64,000 nt of DNA from an uncultured Candidatus Saccharibacteria bacterium (lineage in GTDB: Bacteria > Patescibacteriota > Minisyncoccia > Phycocordibacterales > WO2-35-19). The translations under genes were made by a program, and so were the position numbers. The DNA lies in the NCBI GenBank assembly GCA_964534305.1, contig CAZHPR010000001.1, positions 26,944 through 90,943 of the forward strand, written 5' to 3'. Below the pieces are notes generated by a model. That model was not told the DNA's origin. It searched no databases and worked only from the letters and a program-made list of their open reading frames with translations. This document shows, one piece after another, positions 56,940 to 64,000 of the stretch (position 1 is the first letter of the stretch; each line of letters begins with the position of its first letter).

Positions 56940-56984
56940 AATCGCATTATAACAATAAAAACAAAAAGCGGGGATAGCGGTTTT

Positions 56985-58460
56985 TTACAGGACCTCTTGC
57001 CAAGAAATTATTTCATATTGATCAGAAGTTAGTGGGAATGAAGGAGGTGGACCATATAACAAATTTGCATCATATATAATGTCTCTGTTTTGGTAACCAG
57101 TGCCATCGGTATAAGCAAATCCATATCTTAAGTTTGTCGCAATCATTCCATACAAAGTCAGACTGTTTCGTATGTGATAAGGCGAGCAATCAGATTCATA
57201 ATAATACCTACCCACCCTACCATTCTGAGAAACAAGGGCTGCATCAATACGCAAATTTGTATCAGAAACAAGACCGACGTTTAAATTACCTTGCGATATA
57301 AGAGCAATAACATCGGTACCATCATAGTTTGTATAGGTGAGGTCATTGTTAACTGTAAGTTGTGGTCTTGTGGCCGGATTATCTGGAAATCTTCCTACCG
57401 CAATAGTTACCCTAGCACTATCAATACTTCCTTCTACCCAAAGATTGTCTTCAACAAAAATTAATCCATTCGCAGGAATCGGATAAGTACCAACGTTGAC
57501 AGTGTTGTTTACACTCCAAATACCCCAACCTGTCTGTCCTGCAGTATTATCACAATTATTGTCAGTATACTGAGAGGTTACCCTACGAATATTGAAGGTA
57601 TCATCTGTGTTTAAGGTTATCCTATAACCTTGAGATCCTGAGGCCGCAAAATACCTTCCGTTTGCCTGTGCCTCAGCCTTTATACTAGACAAATTATTTG
57701 TAAGACCGGTAAAATCAACTGCTGGTACCGGAAACTGTCTACCCACCTCGAAGACATCTGTCCTATTTGGTACCGGGTTTGTAGGCGGCGCCTCAAGTGG
57801 CCTAAAAGAATTATTCACCCCAACAGAAGGAGGAGCGTTTATATGAGTGTGAACAGCAAATTCATTGCCTCCGGTATGATCTGGATCGTCGTAAGAAGTT
57901 TGGGCACTAGTTATAAGATTATGAGCAAGCCCATCAAACCTTATGCCCCTATTTGAATGAATCGGACCAAAAACCTCTGTTCCCTCTCCAAACCTCATCA
58001 CATCATTTGCAGCAACAGCGTATTTTGCAAGAGAAGGTATCGCAAGCTCCACCTTTATAGTACGACTTATTGAAGAGTTCGCTGGTGTGCCGGTTGATTC
58101 TATTGTCACCTTTGTAGATCCCGTTATTGGTGGAATTATATTCAGACTATACTCTCCAACCAAGTTACCGTCCTTATCAAAAACCTGATGCACATATGGC
58201 CCCGGAGCACCGGTACCATCCTCATAATCAGTCTTGTCATGAGCGAGATGCCACCTATAATAATCAATCCCCGACTCGGCAAGTTGTATCGCCTTCTCTC
58301 TTGTAAGTAGTTGTCTGTTGGCTTCTACTGTTGTTTTGGTCCAGTTCATCAAACCGCCCATTATAATTATGGCGACCGCAGAAAATATTATTATCGGAAT
58401 AAGCAGCTCCCCTTTCTTATACTTTAGATTTAAGATTTTAGATTTAAGATTATTTTTCAT
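56985..58460 (-). CDS. PilX-like minor pilin / pilus assembly protein
   Basis: KKG then a hydrophobic helix; A.QLAESGIDY; lies in the pil cluster. Confidence 0.75.
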   Translation of the reverse strand: MKNNLKSKILNLKYKKGELLIPIIIFSAVAIIIMGGLMNWTKTTVEANRQLLTREKAIQLAESGIDYYRWHLAHDKTDYEDGTGAPGPYVHQVFDKDGNLVGEYSLNIIPPITGSTKVTIESTGTPANSSISRTIKVELAIPSLAKYAVAANDVMRFGEGTEVFGPIHSNRGIRFDGLAHNLITSAQTSYDDPDHTGGNEFAVHTHINAPPSVGVNNSFRPLEAPPTNPVPNRTDVFEVGRQFPVPAVDFTGLTNNLSSIKAEAQANGRYFAASGSQGYRITLNTDDTFNIRRVTSQYTDNNCDNTAGQTGWGIWSVNNTVNVGTYPIPANGLIFVEDNLWVEGSIDSARVTIAVGRFPDNPATRPQLTVNNDLTYTNYDGTDVIALISQGNLNVGLVSDTNLRIDAALVSQNGRVGRYYYESDCSPYHIRNSLTLYGMIATNLRYGFAYTDGTGYQNRDIIYDANLLYGPPPSFPLTSDQYEIISWQEVL

Positions 58461-59107
58461 AAGTTGTCTTTCAGATTACGCAAAGTTACTTGGCTCACTA
58501 CTATTATAAGGCCTGGCAATTTGTTTATATCTTTTTCTATTGGGACACTTATCCTGATATGCCTCACAGCTGGTATATTTATCGGAAAAGTAAGAGGTGA
58601 ACTTGTGCCAGAATAATTTTGGTCATAGTAATCAAATATCGGAGTAGTTGTTGGTTGAATATCTCTTATCAATGTAGAGACTACTTCGTTTGCTGGGTTG
58701 TAAGTCAAAGGTGATCCAGAGGGTTTTGTAACACCTTTTTTAAAAGTAGTACCTTGCAAGAAGTATCTGATCTGTTCCTTGTTTGCGTCACTGTCTATAT
58801 TGCTAAAGAAGGTAATAGAAGAGGTACTGACAGACGCTATTGGGTAAGCTCCGAGGCTTGATGGAGAAGTGCTTCGAAGCTCTTTGACCATTGTTTTCAA
58901 GACTCTTCTGCCATCAGTCTGCGCGTTTAAGTTGGCACCGGCTGTAGAGTTTATAGAAAATATGTCTTGACCAAATTGCAAAACAACCAAAAATATTCCT
59001 CCGGCAATAGCAACAGTGACAACTACTTCGGCCAAGCTAAATCCCGCGTTATTTTTTAATCCATTCATTTTTCTCAGGATCTCTGATTTGTAATTTATAA
59101 TTTTCAT
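58457..59107 (-). CDS. Minor pilin with a prepilin cleavage site (PilW-like)
   Basis: AG/FSLAEVVVTVAI. Confidence 0.85.
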   Translation of the reverse strand: MKIINYKSEILRKMNGLKNNAGFSLAEVVVTVAIAGGIFLVVLQFGQDIFSINSTAGANLNAQTDGRRVLKTMVKELRSTSPSSLGAYPIASVSTSSITFFSNIDSDANKEQIRYFLQGTTFKKGVTKPSGSPLTYNPANEVVSTLIRDIQPTTTPIFDYYDQNYSGTSSPLTFPINIPAVRHIRISVPIEKDINKLPGLIIVVSQVTLRNLKDNL

Positions 59108-59110
59108 TTT

Positions 59111-60901
59111 TTATATTGGCGACATTAAAACATCAACCTCTTGCCAAGCACTATCTATTGTTACCGGTAAACTCTGATTAACAAATCCCGGAGCGGATAC
59201 ATCCAAAGAGTAGCCACCGTTTGATAGTGATCCGAAATTTACTTGACCTGGTGGTATGCAGGAAGAAGAGAAAGAAATAATAAAATCAGAAACATTTGGA
59301 GTGTAGGATTGGTCGGCAGTAGAAAGAAACATTTTGTATCTTATATATCTATCACCGTTATGGACTCCGTTTATATTGTTGTTAGAAATTGTATAAAAAG
59401 TTGAAGCAGTACCATCAGGACCCTTAAAATCCCAAGTTGTAGTTGCGGTATTATCTATAGATGTTGCTATTTGGAATCTAACACTGTTTGGTCCTGATTG
59501 TAGAGGCTGATCTGTTGGAACAATATCGACCCTGCTCCAATTAGAAGAGGTGCCCGTATCAAATATAGAAGAAGTGATCTCACCACTTAAAACATAATTG
59601 CCCAGAGAATTAAGCAGCTTTAGCTCTCCAGCAGGGTTTGATATTTCTATATTTCCATCTTGATTATCAAACCTAGTCGAATCAACAAAGTTTGTTTGAC
59701 CACTACCACCAGACCAATCAGTCTGCCTCAAAAATCCCCTATCGGTCTCTAGTGTACCAACACCAGAAAGAGTGACGGAGGCGCCGGATATAGGTAGACT
59801 AGTTGCTACATCTTTAACCTTTACCAACAAAATATTTGGACTCTTGTCAGAAACTGAGATATCTACACTCTGCACCGAATCGGGCAAAACAGAGAGCGCA
59901 CCAACGGGATTCGTCCCAGCAGAATAAAAACCTCCAGTTAGAGAGAAAGATAAAGAATCCCACTCAACACCAGAAATATTTCTAAGACCAGAGGTGTCGG
60001 TACTGCCACTATAAGACCATTTGTAGATATTTGGACTTGTCCCAATAAGTTTGGTCCCTCTTATACTAAGCGGTACGTTAGGGACGACTTCACAAAAATT
60101 ATTTATCGTTCTTATGTTCAAGCTGCTTGTCTTGTCTATAACAAAAGAATTCTGAGTTACCTGCTGCAACACAACAGTTGAATCAGGGTTGGTTGGGTTT
60201 GGATTTGATACAGAAGAAGCATAGGTACGATCTGAAGTAAACCCGAGTTTACTAACAATAATATTGTAAGCATTTATTCCAGGTACAGCATCAACGATAT
60301 CCAGAGAACCTTGGTTGTTTGTTGTTTCGTCTATATATATCCCCTGACTACTATTTGTAACCTGAACTCTTGCTTGAGGAACCGGGTTACCATTGGCATC
60401 AAATACCTTTATAAAAAGGGCTCCATTGGTTGACGCTGTCTCCAAATTTTTTGGAGCAATGTGACCGGTTGCCACCATCTCTTGTGGGTCTTTACATGAA
60501 GTACAGGCAATGGAGACCTCAAAAAGCTTGTAATCAGCAGGTGAAAGATCATTTGGAGAGCCACCAATAGTACCATCAAAAGGGTCATCAACATTCCTAA
60601 CCGTTCTTGTTATCAAGAATGTTCTCCCATCTCTAACAACCGTCGATGTAGCAGAGAGGACCCCAGACGGAATACCGCCGATTATACCGACTGAACTAAA
60701 CGGCAAATTACGAGCGATTTCAAATTGTTCATTTATAAGATCAGCACTCGTAACCTTCTCTCTAGAAACGGCTATCAATCTATTTAAAGAGAAAAAACCT
60801 TGATAGACAGAAATCGCAATAACAGAAAATATACTAGCGGCAATTATAACCTCTATAAGAGACATCCCGTCTGAATTATATTTTAGATTTTTAAATTTCA
60901 T
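59111..60901 (-). CDS. Large minor pilin with carboxypeptidase-regulatory-like beta domains
   Basis: DG/MSLIEVIIA prepilin site; VFDANGNPVPQARV and VKD..TSLPISGASV repeats. Confidence 0.82.
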   Translation of the reverse strand: MKFKNLKYNSDGMSLIEVIIAASIFSVIAISVYQGFFSLNRLIAVSREKVTSADLINEQFEIARNLPFSSVGIIGGIPSGVLSATSTVVRDGRTFLITRTVRNVDDPFDGTIGGSPNDLSPADYKLFEVSIACTSCKDPQEMVATGHIAPKNLETASTNGALFIKVFDANGNPVPQARVQVTNSSQGIYIDETTNNQGSLDIVDAVPGINAYNIIVSKLGFTSDRTYASSVSNPNPTNPDSTVVLQQVTQNSFVIDKTSSLNIRTINNFCEVVPNVPLSIRGTKLIGTSPNIYKWSYSGSTDTSGLRNISGVEWDSLSFSLTGGFYSAGTNPVGALSVLPDSVQSVDISVSDKSPNILLVKVKDVATSLPISGASVTLSGVGTLETDRGFLRQTDWSGGSGQTNFVDSTRFDNQDGNIEISNPAGELKLLNSLGNYVLSGEITSSIFDTGTSSNWSRVDIVPTDQPLQSGPNSVRFQIATSIDNTATTTWDFKGPDGTASTFYTISNNNINGVHNGDRYIRYKMFLSTADQSYTPNVSDFIISFSSSCIPPGQVNFGSLSNGGYSLDVSAPGFVNQSLPVTIDSAWQEVDVLMSPI

Positions 60902-60908
60902 CCAAAAA

Positions 60909-62117
60909 TTATTTTATGGCATCAACAAGCGAGTATGTTGGCAAAAGCATTGCAATTGCAAAGAGACCCACTGCGATACCTATAAATATCATAAGTATTG
61001 GTTCTATTATGGTAGAAAGATCCTTGGTCTTTTGATCAACCTCCGCTTCATAAAAATCGGCTATATTGTCTAGCATATCTGTCACCTTTCCGGTCTCCTC
61101 ACCAACTGCAAGCATCTCACTCACAAATATTGGGTATAGATTAAAGGGTTTGGATAAACACTCAGAAAGTAATTCTCCTGTTTGAACTCTTTTGGTAGCT
61201 CCTTGAATAATTGCCTTAAAATAATGGTTTCTTAGAACTCCAGCGGTTATATCAAGGGCTGAAACTATATCCACCCCAGACGATATAAGAGAAGATAGGG
61301 TACGAGATGTTCTAGCAGCGTTGACTTCTCTAGTCATCGTACCAATAACTGGCAGATGAAGAAAAACAAAATCAGCAATATTCTTACCTCTCTTGGTTTT
61401 TAAGAAACTTGTGACACCAAATATAACCGCGACCGCAACCCCGAAGTTTATAAGCAAATTGTTTCTAATAAAATCACTTATCGCAATAATTATCCTTGTT
61501 GGTAAGGGCAGGTTTATATTCAGTCCTCTAAAAGTTTCGGTGAGAGTCGGCACCATATAAATCATAAGCAGGATACCCATTACAATCATAAGACTGATTA
61601 TTATGGAGGGATACATCATTGCCCCCTTTATTTTTTTGGTCAATTGACTTGATTTTTCTAGCTGACTTGCTACAACTCGCAACGAAAAAGAAAGCTTACC
61701 AGATTCTTCGCCTGCCTTAACCATCGAAACAAATATATCAGAGAAAATATCTTTATAGCTCTCCATTGCCTTGGATAGAGTATCTCCTTTGTTTATAGAA
61801 TCATAAAGCCCTTGGAGGACCGAAACAAATTTTTTATTCTTTGACTGTTTCTGCATGATGCTTATCGCCCTTGAAACAGAGAGACCAGCATCTATCATAA
61901 CCGCCAAATTTTTGGCAAAAGATATCACTTCTTGCGCCTTAACCCTTTTTAGAAAAGAGAAATTTAGAGATATTTTTCTACCAGAAACCTCTTCAACCGA
62001 GACAACGGTTGCCAGGTTTTTGCGCACCGCAAGGTAAAGCTCCTGTTTATTCTCAAATTCTCTTGTCTCTTCGTATTCTTTACCGTCCTTTATTGCTTTA
62101 TATTTGTACAACGACAT
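60909..62117 (-). CDS. pilC: Type IV pilus inner-membrane platform protein (GspF/PilC)
   Basis: MVKAGEESGKL, AMMYP, VGEETG, IIEPILM. Confidence 0.95.
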   Translation of the reverse strand: MSLYKYKAIKDGKEYEETREFENKQELYLAVRKNLATVVSVEEVSGRKISLNFSFLKRVKAQEVISFAKNLAVMIDAGLSVSRAISIMQKQSKNKKFVSVLQGLYDSINKGDTLSKAMESYKDIFSDIFVSMVKAGEESGKLSFSLRVVASQLEKSSQLTKKIKGAMMYPSIIISLMIVMGILLMIYMVPTLTETFRGLNINLPLPTRIIIAISDFIRNNLLINFGVAVAVIFGVTSFLKTKRGKNIADFVFLHLPVIGTMTREVNAARTSRTLSSLISSGVDIVSALDITAGVLRNHYFKAIIQGATKRVQTGELLSECLSKPFNLYPIFVSEMLAVGEETGKVTDMLDNIADFYEAEVDQKTKDLSTIIEPILMIFIGIAVGLFAIAMLLPTYSLVDAIK

Positions 62118-62235
62118 AAATAGAAAATTAATTTTCTATTTAATTATATCAGTATAAAAAAATTTTTTTATAGAATATGTAAATAACTCACCCCCTGCCC
62201 CCTCTCTTACAACAAGAGAGGGGGTAAGAAAAAAA

Positions 62236-62610
62236 TTACTCAGGTCTGCAATATATCTCTAATCTAATATCACTCGGATCATCAAACCAGATAAATTCTT
62301 TATCACCATACTTATCAATTTTGATTCCGCTGTTTTTTATACCTACTTTATTTAAAACTCTCTCGAGTTCTCTTAATTCCTCTCCTGTTTTTACTCCAAA
62401 AGCCAAATGGTTCAAACTGGTTTTGTCTTTATCTGATTTTTCGTATTCTCCATAAGGCAGACCAAAAAATATTTTGGTTTCTCCAATTTTGTAAGCAACC
62501 TGATTTTTATCTTGATAGTCTGGTTTACCAAGAAAAGAAGAATAGAATTTTTCTGTCTTCTCAATGTTCTTAACTATCAAAACTATGTGGTCTATATATT
62601 TAGGGTGCAT
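62236..62610 (-). CDS. VOC (glyoxalase/bleomycin resistance) family protein
   Basis: IDHIVLIV...EKFY, LNHLAF, FDDPSDIRLE. Confidence 0.9.
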   Translation of the reverse strand: MHPKYIDHIVLIVKNIEKTEKFYSSFLGKPDYQDKNQVAYKIGETKIFFGLPYGEYEKSDKDKTSLNHLAFGVKTGEELRELERVLNKVGIKNSGIKIDKYGDKEFIWFDDPSDIRLEIYCRPE

Positions 62611-62614
62611 ATTT

Positions 62615-62968
62615 TTATAGTTTATTTTTTAAAGAATTTTCTATTATAACTTTCAAAACTCCTTCAATATCTTTTACTACTTCATTATTCCAAAATCTTA
62701 TAGTTCTTATATCTTTATCTTTTAAAAAGTCCTCGCGTTCTTGGTCGTATTCTACAGCACTTTTATGTTGTTCACCATCTAGTTCTATCGCAAGTCTTTT
62801 TTCTGCACAAAAGAAATCTAGTATATACGGGCCTGCACTATATTGTCTTAAAAATTTTAAATTGTTTACTTGTCTGTTCCTAATTTTTGACCAAAGGAGT
62901 CTTTCTGCTTCAGTTTGATTTGACCTGAGTTCACGTCGTCGCTCTAGTTGGTTTTGGTCGTTATACAT
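62615..62968 (-). CDS. DUF559 / Vsr-like endonuclease domain protein
   Basis: Identical to the 55998 copy up to RFWNN, then a different C-terminal helix. Confidence 0.93.
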   Translation of the reverse strand: MYNDQNQLERRRELRSNQTEAERLLWSKIRNRQVNNLKFLRQYSAGPYILDFFCAEKRLAIELDGEQHKSAVEYDQEREDFLKDKDIRTIRFWNNEVVKDIEGVLKVIIENSLKNKL

Positions 62969-63146
62969 ATTTGTATGATTCCGGTTTCCCCCTTGTTGTA
63001 AGGGGTGAGAATGCGCAGTATTCGCAAGACTTTTTGAGATATTTTTATGCAATTAAAATATCCAAAAAGTGTACAGTCCTTGTAAGGGATTAGGGGGGTT
63101 ATTCCCCCTATCTTGTTGTAAGAGAGGGGTTAGGGGGTGAGTTATT
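62682..63146. repeat. 465-bp direct repeat, copy 2
   Basis: Identical to 55712-56176. Confidence 0.95.
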
Positions 63147-64000
63147 CCGAAACCACCCTGAGCACTTCCTCAATTGTTGTCAATCCTTGAGCAGCCTTGA
63201 AGATACCATCTTCCATCATGGTGAGCATCCCCTCTTTTTTTGCTTGCAGTTCTATATCTTCAGTTGTTCCGCCTTTGATAATTATATCCTTGATCGCACT
63301 TGAAACGTTGAGCACCTCATAGATACCAACTCTACCCTTAAAACCCTCCTCACCCACATCTTTGTTTGGTTTGTAAAAAGGTACGTTTTTCCATTCGTCT
63401 TTATTTCCTATTATTTTCTCTTCTTTCAAAGCCTTGAGTACTCTGTCCATATCAATAACCTTTGCAATGGAATCAACCTCGGCTTGAGTAAGGTAGTGTT
63501 TCTCACCTCGATCTACCAACTTTCTTACCAATCTCTGACCGATAACAACATCAAGAGTTGAGATCATGAGAAATGGCTCTACCTTCATATCTATAAGTCT
63601 AGGCACAGCACCAGCCGCTGAGTTGGTGTGTAAAGTAGAGAGAACCAGGTGTCCAGTAAGAGAAGCGTTGATAGCAAGAGAGGCGGTCTCATTGTCTCTA
63701 ATCTCTCCAACCATTATGATATCCGGGTCCTGTCTCACAAGAGTACGGAGTCCGGCTGCAAAGGTAAGACCTATTTCAGGCTTAACCTGAGTCTGATTAA
63801 CTCTTTTCATCTGGTATTCAATCGGATCTTCAATAGTAGAAATATTTACGTCTGGAACATTTAAGATATCAAGCATTGTATAGAGGGTGGTGGACTTTCC
63901 GCTTCCAGTAGGACCAGTTGTAAGTACCATACCGGTTGTGTGCTGCAAAGCCTTGTGCAAAACATCAAGACCTTCTCCATGAAAACCAAGGGCTTCTAGA
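63142..64000 (-). CDS. pilB: GspE/PilB family ATPase, 5' part outside the window
   Basis: TGPTGSGKSTTLY, TIEDPIEY, RQDPDIIMVGEIRD, TGHLVLSTLHTN. Confidence 0.95.
   Translation of the reverse strand, partial: LEALGFHGEGLDVLHKALQHTTGMVLTTGPTGSGKSTTLYTMLDILNVPDVNISTIEDPIEYQMKRVNQTQVKPEIGLTFAAGLRTLVRQDPDIIMVGEIRDNETASLAINASLTGHLVLSTLHTNSAAGAVPRLIDMKVEPFLMISTLDVVIGQRLVRKLVDRGEKHYLTQAEVDSIAKVIDMDRVLKALKEEKIIGNKDEWKNVPFYKPNKDVGEEGFKGRVGIYEVLNVSSAIKDIIIKGGTTEDIELQAKKEGMLTMMEDGIFKAAQGLTTIEEVLRVVSE

Larger units (their letters stand above)
62184..63144 (-). mobile_element. DUF559 cassette 3 with VOC cargo, bounded by inverted palindromic repeats
   Basis: 62184-62224 and 63104-63144 are near reverse complements; the upstream end is the pilB TAA. 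Confidence 0.75.

Noticed and set aside
55006-63144. Single composite transposon carrying tpiA and the pil genes
   Set aside because: No transposase or target-site duplication; each cassette has its own inverted repeat pair and the enclosed genes are ordinary chromosomal genes.

Overview
AT-rich bacterial chromosome segment that looks like a Patescibacteria/CPR (Parcubacteria-type) genome: the spc-operon tail has no rpmD between rpsE and rplO, ComEC is split, trigger factor lacks a full PPIase domain, and there is a type IV pilus cluster. Most of it is housekeeping: nusA, ppa, tig, rsmE, clpP, rny, ndk, map, adk, secY, ribosomal proteins, recG, ftsH, smpB/tmRNA, comM, pnp, fusA, rnhA, recJ, pgk, tpiA, a CsoR-copA copper operon and pil genes. 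The strongest unexplained signal is a repeat system linked to DUF559 (Vsr-like nuclease) genes. Three DUF559 cassettes are each bounded by about 40-48 bp palindromic inverted repeats. Each starts exactly at the TAA stop codon of the upstream host gene (adk, tpiA, pilB). Two share 465 identical bp but carry different cargo genes. Solitary copies of the same palindrome lie after stop codons and in-frame inside rsmE and a beta-CASP nuclease gene. Other notable items: a covarying structured motif shared by the DUF559 leaders and the tRNA-Ser trailer, a stand-alone cyclodipeptide synthase, a tRNA-Ile with a UAU anticodon, a compact 6S-like RNA, a tmRNA with a 28-codon tag, an unannotated 32-aa amphipathic peptide, and short-period repeat arrays. 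All calls come from reading the sequence by eye; no searches were run.
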